Assembly (NCBI GenBank): GCA_041671325.1
Contig: JBAZBR010000002.1
Location: 73,978 to 137,977 of the forward strand
Direction of reading: 5' to 3'
Source: Patescibacteria group bacterium
Lineage (GTDB): Bacteria; Patescibacteriota; Patescibacteriia; PEXW01
DNA length: 64,000 nucleotides
Under the pieces are notes generated by a model. The model did not search any database. It worked only from the letters and a program-made list of their open reading frames with translations, and had not been told where the DNA came from. The translations under genes were made by a program, and so were the position numbers. Positions 59,050 to 64,000 of this stretch are shown one piece after another; position 1 is the stretch's first letter, and each line of letters starts with the position of its first letter.

Positions 59050-59078
59050 TTGACAATAATATTTGATTATGATAAGTT
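59050..59078 (+). promoter_or_regulatory. sigma70 promoter
   Basis: TTGACA-17 bp-TAAGTT with TG. Confidence 0.6.
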
Positions 59079-59157
59079 GCGTGGTCGAGTTTGGGTCTTT
59101 TACAATTTGAAAACATTAACGTAAACATAAACAAAACGCAAAGAAAGCGAGGCAAAG

Positions 59158-60015
59158 ATGCAACTTTTAGGAGGAAATGTCCGTTGGGATAAGGGCGATT
59201 GGCAGGAAAGCGCCGGGAATAGGTCTTTGGACCAGAAAGTCGAAGTCAATGGAGTCATTTGGCGGGTTAAAATCCAGAGTCTTACCGGACGGGGTGGCGT
59301 AGTCGGGTGTACATCCGAATGTTATTATGCCAATGTCGGTACGGACCAGATTTCGGTGGTTATTAAGATGGGAAAAGAGGGCTTTGGCGAGCCGCCTATT
59401 TATACCGTACAGATAGGTTGGAGCAATACGGATAAGCACGAACAAGCCACATACCGCTATTGCTTCAATACTGCCTATGACGAAGCAAACGTCATTGATT
59501 GGGAGATTTTACCAGCCGACAAGCCCGATTTGTTGGAAAAGATTTTCGATATCCAGCAAATACTGTCGGTGTTTGATCACAGCAAGACCTTCGACTATGC
59601 CCTGAAGCATTTGCGGCATAAGCTGGACCACCCCGAGAAATCAACAACCTACATTTTGTTTAGGGACGTTACTATGAGTCCGAACAAAATCACTGGATCA
59701 TTTTTATTGCTGGGTCCCCGGCGTACGCTGCTAGGGTTTGATGGGAGTGAAAAAGGGTTTTTGTATGGCGGATTCCAGCTTTTTAGTCGTTCGGGCGAGG
59801 ATATCTCCTCCAGGAGCGGCAGTCTAAGTTTGTCTCTAAAGGATGGGTATTATGAAATATTTATCCTTAATCCGGCCAATTGTGGTAATAGCACCTGGAT
59901 TAAAGTCTTCAGTGCTGATGACAGCAAAAATCTGGTACCCGAAACCGTAGAAATCCCAGGCGACGTTTCCCAGTTCATCCTGTCCTTGGCATCGCCAGTT
60001 ACGGCTGCTGAATAA
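59158..60015 (+). CDS. Hypothetical protein
   Basis: 285-aa ORF with SD (GAGG), own promoter and downstream hairpin. Confidence 0.65.
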   Translation: MQLLGGNVRWDKGDWQESAGNRSLDQKVEVNGVIWRVKIQSLTGRGGVVGCTSECYYANVGTDQISVVIKMGKEGFGEPPIYTVQIGWSNTDKHEQATYRYCFNTAYDEANVIDWEILPADKPDLLEKIFDIQQILSVFDHSKTFDYALKHLRHKLDHPEKSTTYILFRDVTMSPNKITGSFLLLGPRRTLLGFDGSEKGFLYGGFQLFSRSGEDISSRSGSLSLSLKDGYYEIFILNPANCGNSTWIKVFSADDSKNLVPETVEIPGDVSQFILSLASPVTAAE

Positions 60016-60074
60016 GCCGACCAAAGACCGTTTGGGTAGTGGCATTTGTCCATTGCCAAACGGTCTTTATTTAT

Positions 60075-60099
60075 AATTAAAAACTGACCCCCGTGAAAA
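60075..60099 (+). repeat. 25-bp direct repeat, copy 2 (part of a terminator hairpin)
   Basis: Continues as CCCCCGTGAA-AA-TTCACAGGGG. Confidence 0.9.
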
Positions 60100-60122
60100 T
60101 TCACAGGGGTGAAGACCTAACA

Positions 60123-60314
60123 TCAATTGAAGTTTTTCATAACTCCATAAATCACGAGGGTCAGTCCGCCGAAAAAGAACAGGGTTTCAATCAATAAGCC
60201 AATGACGGCTAAATGATTTTTGCGATTGCTTCGGCGCCGCCTCTTTTTCTTGGTGGCAAATACAAATAGGACTGCGCCAGTTAAAATCGCATCAAGCCCA
60301 TGTGGAATAAACAT
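60123..60314 (-). CDS. Small two-TM membrane protein
   Basis: MFIPHGLDAILTGAVLFVF..KKKRRRR..LAVIGLLIETLFFFGGL. Confidence 0.55.
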   Translation of the reverse strand: MFIPHGLDAILTGAVLFVFATKKKRRRRSNRKNHLAVIGLLIETLFFFGGLTLVIYGVMKNFN

Positions 60315-60455
60315 AGGTTTAATTCTAATTAAGGCGAAATCTTGGCCTTGGCTTTGACTAAAGCCCATGGCCTGCTCGTGTTTTATGAAGTTTTCAAAGG
60401 ACTTTTTAGCATTAAAATATAGCGCAGGAATAAATACTTGTCAAAGTTCGTTTAT

Positions 60456-60542
60456 TATCATCCTGAACGTAAGTAAGGATCTTCATAGGGGTATTAATAT
60501 TTATAAAGATTCTTCCCCCGCGACTGCGGGGTCAGAATGACA
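60456..60542. repeat. REP-like element (TCATCCTGA...AGGATCT / AGATTCTTC...CAGAATGACA type)
   Basis: Imperfect inverted arms with internal CCCCGCGACTGCGGGG palindrome. Confidence 0.7.
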
Positions 60543-60562
60543 GAAAAGAAATTTTTCCAAAC

Positions 60563-60599
60563 AAAAAACACCCCGGAAATTAATCCGAGGTGTTTTTTT
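60563..60599. terminator. Bidirectional terminator
   Basis: AAAAAACACC.CGGA...TCCG.GGTGTTTTTT. Confidence 0.65.
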
Positions 60600-60854
60600 A
60601 TAGTTAATAAATCATGTATTTATTCCTCCCTGCCAGCAGAAGCTTTGACAAAAGTCGAAGCGAAGGCTGGCTATTTTTTATTAATTATTAGCCCTCCATA
60701 ATTCAGTTGATGATAATTAATTATCCCCAACTGAAGAAGAGAAGGGATGAATTTGCATCCCTTAGCTGGATTTCAGGGCAGCTACCCCGATGAACAATGT
60801 CACATAATTATGCTCCTGTTCCCAAAAGATTTTTGTTTAGGATACAAGACCAGC

Positions 60855-61481
60855 CTAAGCCGGCAAGGTATTCAAAGTTTTTGGCTTGGAAAATTTTTCG
60901 GCTATTGGGTCTTTGCCAATGACCCAATAATAATAAAGGATGCCGAGCCAGCCGTGGGATATCCCAAGCAGTAGCAGATTTGGCTCTTGCTGGAAAAATA
61001 ACGAGAAGCAAAAGCCAAGCAACAGAGTCGCGGGCATGAGCCATTTATCTGGCACATGTAAAGACATGAACGCCAGACCGGTTATGAGCGCTATTATCAT
61101 CGGGGGCAAGCCAAATCCCACCAGCCTTATATTGATGTATGAGAGGATGAGGAATTGCTGGGCACAACCCCAAAGCGGGTATAGGAACAAAGAAATGGTC
61201 ATGTTTTTGTTCCACTTTAGTTTCTCGCGAATGGCGCCTATGATAAACATAATGAAAGCCAGTGTCAGCGAGAAGATAAGAATACCGAGCCAATTCGCAG
61301 ACCAGTTATCAGTCCGAATTCCAATTTGAATCAGGGAATAACCGGCTGTAGCTTGCGAATGAATAATCCAGATGCCAGCTGGCAATAAAATCGCCAGGTT
61401 TACCCAGAAAATCTTTTTAAGTTTACTGGGCAAAAGCGCATATACGGCCAAAGCACAGAAAACCAAAACCAGTTCTAACAT
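60855..61481 (-). CDS. CPBP/Abi family intramembrane protease-like protein
   Basis: Multi-TM; AQQF at the EE position, FMSLH, GISHG. Confidence 0.7.
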   Translation of the reverse strand: MLELVLVFCALAVYALLPSKLKKIFWVNLAILLPAGIWIIHSQATAGYSLIQIGIRTDNWSANWLGILIFSLTLAFIMFIIGAIREKLKWNKNMTISLFLYPLWGCAQQFLILSYINIRLVGFGLPPMIIALITGLAFMSLHVPDKWLMPATLLLGFCFSLFFQQEPNLLLLGISHGWLGILYYYWVIGKDPIAEKFSKPKTLNTLPA

Positions 61482-61612
61482 TATGCTCTACCTCGTTTTT
61501 GTGTTTATTTGTTAGTATTTAGCCACTCTGACAAGCGCGCTGGTTTTTTCAGTGCACTTGATAAGAGCCAGGAACCAAACCAGGTGGTTCGGTTCCTGCT
61601 TTTTTAAAGAAT

Positions 61613-62425
61613 CTAGAAAGCGAAGGTGAATTCCGCAATCCATTTCGACACATCGTCGTAATAGATCTTAATAAATCCACCGTTCTTGTTATAAACATAG
61701 GTCAGTCCCGCCAGGGTGCTAACCTTGTCATTGTCCATGTCCGCGTCAGCCTGCGCATAGGCGCGCAGGTTGTTGCTCAGGTCAAACCTGAACATTTCGG
61801 TTACCATGGGTCCATGGTGATTATAGGCGGAGAAACCCATGGTAAAGGTTGGATACCACGCAATTTCATCGGGTTTGTTTATGGTGGTATTCAGGCCGAA
61901 TCCCACTATATCTTCCCAATAGAACCACGTACTGCCGTAATTAACAGCGACACTTGTGCCGCTGTTGTAGTTGGCAGCAATCAGGCAAAATCCTGCCTTT
62001 TGCACCGTAACTTTGAGTCCGGTTGAAAGGCAAGAAAATCCCATGGTAGTTCCAGGCCATCTTGTCTGTTCCAACATCTTGGGTCCGGGCCAGACATGCC
62101 AGACCGGGTTTAAAAACCAGCCGGCAATAATTGTGGACTTGAATCCAGCCACGGTATCGACAAACCCCCCAAAAGCCGTATGCACACAGCTTTTGTAGGC
62201 GTTCCAATCCAGGTTCCCGACAAAAGAACCCCGATTGGCATCCACCCCAATCCTTATTCGAGAGAAAGAGTAGTCCTGGCTTTTTTCGGTCGGGATATAA
62301 ATCCCGCCAAAAATATAGGGTTTCAGGTTGTAGTCCGAAAGCACCTCGGACTTGGTTTCACCCAAGAGAATCGCCGCCAGGATCGTAGCGATAATAACGA
62401 CCAGGATCAGATTAAACTTCTTCAC
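61613..62425 (-). CDS. Exported beta-rich protein, porin-like beta-barrel candidate
   Basis: AAGGAGG SD + GTG; signal peptide; amphipathic strands; ends WIAEFTFAF. Confidence 0.6.
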   Translation of the reverse strand: MKKFNLILVVIIATILAAILLGETKSEVLSDYNLKPYIFGGIYIPTEKSQDYSFSRIRIGVDANRGSFVGNLDWNAYKSCVHTAFGGFVDTVAGFKSTIIAGWFLNPVWHVWPGPKMLEQTRWPGTTMGFSCLSTGLKVTVQKAGFCLIAANYNSGTSVAVNYGSTWFYWEDIVGFGLNTTINKPDEIAWYPTFTMGFSAYNHHGPMVTEMFRFDLSNNLRAYAQADADMDNDKVSTLAGLTYVYNKNGGFIKIYYDDVSKWIAEFTFAF

Positions 62426-62765
62426 GTTTTCCTCCTTGCCCACTGAAGCCTGAAAGGCGTAGGTGGGCTGTTGGTTTTTTAGTTTTATTTTCTGTTTTCA
62501 AGTCAGGCCAGGGGAGAGAGTGTTCTCGTTTTAATAATTAACTCATTATCCAAAATTTAAAATTTTGTTTAAAAGTTAATTACCCGTCCTTCGTCCTCGC
62601 CAATAGCGGGACTTCGGAGGGCAAGAATTCCTGACCTGGCTTGAAAACAGATTTGTTAATCCTCCGTAGCCTAGGCGCAGGAGGACTTCACAACAAACCC
62701 ACGAATGGATCATGAGTTTGAGAATGAAGGGGACCAGCAGATGCCAGTCCCACTTCGAAACAGCT

Positions 62766-63251
62766 TTAGATTCCAAGTGGTTCGCACTTGGTCATTTTGC
62801 CTCCATCGTAGGTAGCCTTGGCCAGCGGCACGCCAAAGATGTTTGTTGGTAATCCCTGAAAAGAACAACCAACCTCAATTTTAAAAGTTGTATGCCAGCC
62901 CCAAAGGTAGAGTTTGTTTTGAGCAACTACCTTCCAATGGAAAGTGGAGTCAGCAAAAAGTGAGTCTTTGACATACAATCTTCCAGATATCTCGCTTTCA
63001 CCAAAAGCGATTTTAGTGGCGCCAGCGTTGTAGTAAATCTCAACGCTGTCTTTCTGCATAAGCCAGCCACCGTAATTAATGCCCCCAAAATAAATCATGG
63101 TTCCGTCAGTTCCTTCCGCCACAGTAAATGGGGCTCTTTCGGCAAAATGGATATCGTTGCAATATAAGAACAAGTAGCCTATAAAGCCAATTAAACCAGT
63201 CATAAAGACTACGATCAACCTGATGAAAAGTTTTGTTCCTAACGATGACAT
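62766..63251 (-). CDS. Membrane-anchored hypothetical protein
   Basis: AAGGAG SD; N-terminal TM. Confidence 0.65.
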   Translation of the reverse strand: MSSLGTKLFIRLIVVFMTGLIGFIGYLFLYCNDIHFAERAPFTVAEGTDGTMIYFGGINYGGWLMQKDSVEIYYNAGATKIAFGESEISGRLYVKDSLFADSTFHWKVVAQNKLYLWGWHTTFKIEVGCSFQGLPTNIFGVPLAKATYDGGKMTKCEPLGI

Positions 63252-63293
63252 ACAATCTCCTTACCACATCCGTGGTTGTTTTTTATTTATTTT

Positions 63294-63336
63294 TTCACTC
63301 TTAAGTTTGTGAAAGTTCGTAAACTTAAGAGTGAAG
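63294..63336. terminator. Long hairpin downstream of lepB
   Basis: TTCACTCTTAAGTTTG...TAAACTTAAGAGTGAA. Confidence 0.55.
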
Positions 63337-63371
63337 GGGAGCGAGCAAATATATGCACGTTCCCCCGAAAG

Positions 63372-63974
63372 TCATAATGGACTAGCAAAAATTCTGGATA
63401 CCCGCCAACCAGCAGGGTTGTACCACGGGATGTTTTTGTCCCGTGACCAGTAAATCATACTAGTTTTGCCAATGACTTTTGCTTTGGGTACGCAGCCCCA
63501 ATAGCGAGAATCATAGCTATTGTCGCGGTTATCACCCATGACAAAATATTGATTTTTCGGAACCACTATTGGTCCCATGTTATCCCGAGGCTCCTCCTCG
63601 ATTGAATAGATTCGAGCGTCAATGCGCTGGAATAATGGAGGTTCAGGGAGTATTTTGCTATTGATGAAGACAACCTTGTCGACAATCTTCAGGGTGTCGC
63701 CCGGCAAACCAACGACCCGCTTGATATAGCGCTTGGAAGGATCAAGTGGGAACTTAAAGACAATGACATCCCCACGCTTTGGCGCGCCACTTAAGTAGGC
63801 GAGCTTGTTGAAGAAGATTAAATCTCCGGTAAGCAAACTGCCTTCCATGGAACCGGAAACCACGTTATATGCGTCAACAATGAAGAAGCGCAGTAGGAAC
63901 GCAGCAATAAAAGATACTACTACCGTTTCCACAAGCAAAAGCCAAAACGGTTTTGGTTTTTTCAGCTTTTCCAT
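63372..63974 (-). CDS. lepB: Signal peptidase I
   Basis: SGSME, YIKRVVGLPGD, MGDNRDNSYDSRYWG. Confidence 0.95.
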   Translation of the reverse strand: MEKLKKPKPFWLLLVETVVVSFIAAFLLRFFIVDAYNVVSGSMEGSLLTGDLIFFNKLAYLSGAPKRGDVIVFKFPLDPSKRYIKRVVGLPGDTLKIVDKVVFINSKILPEPPLFQRIDARIYSIEEEPRDNMGPIVVPKNQYFVMGDNRDNSYDSRYWGCVPKAKVIGKTSMIYWSRDKNIPWYNPAGWRVSRIFASPL

Positions 63975-64000
63975 CTCTTTATCCTCTAAATAAAATTTTC

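Noticed and set aside
62576-62776. 66-aa minus-strand ORF
   Set aside because: No recognisable motif or clear start signal; may be a decayed gene and is not supportable.

Overview
Chromosomal segment of a Patescibacteria (CPR) bacterium, probably Parcubacteria/ABY1-like. This is inferred from the missing L30 in the spc operon, a short AspRS, Asn/Thr-rich pilin-like surface proteins and largely SD-less core genes. It uses the standard genetic code. Core content: partial gatA, ndk, a two-component system plus ABC exporter, dcd, a Nudix hydrolase, the str and S10/spc ribosomal operons through secY-adk-map, dnaB, recR, a P-type ATPase, asnS/aspS, scpAB, tpiA-fba-gap, a cold-shock protein, and three tRNAs (Pro-GGG, Lys-TTT, Glu-CTC). 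The most interesting material is not in the ORF track: (1) a tRNA-Glu cassette in which a promoter drives a tRNA 5' half interrupted by two 30-nt double-palindrome inserts, then a GIY-YIG nuclease whose stop codon lies inside a second, intact tRNA-Glu; (2) a tandem array of pilin-like constant-N/variable-C surface proteins with shared DNA junctions between domains and a stranded duplicate of the aspS 5' end; (3) a ~110-bp MITE-like element sitting in, and duplicating, sigma70 -35 boxes; (4) a GxxExxY nuclease bracketed by inverted TACGAA arrays inside the str operon; (5) covarying structured elements next to tRNA 3' ends; (6) an accessory right end with a porin-like beta-barrel, a lipoprotein and a signal peptidase in a lineage thought to lack an outer membrane. 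All family assignments are by motif recognition; no searches were run.
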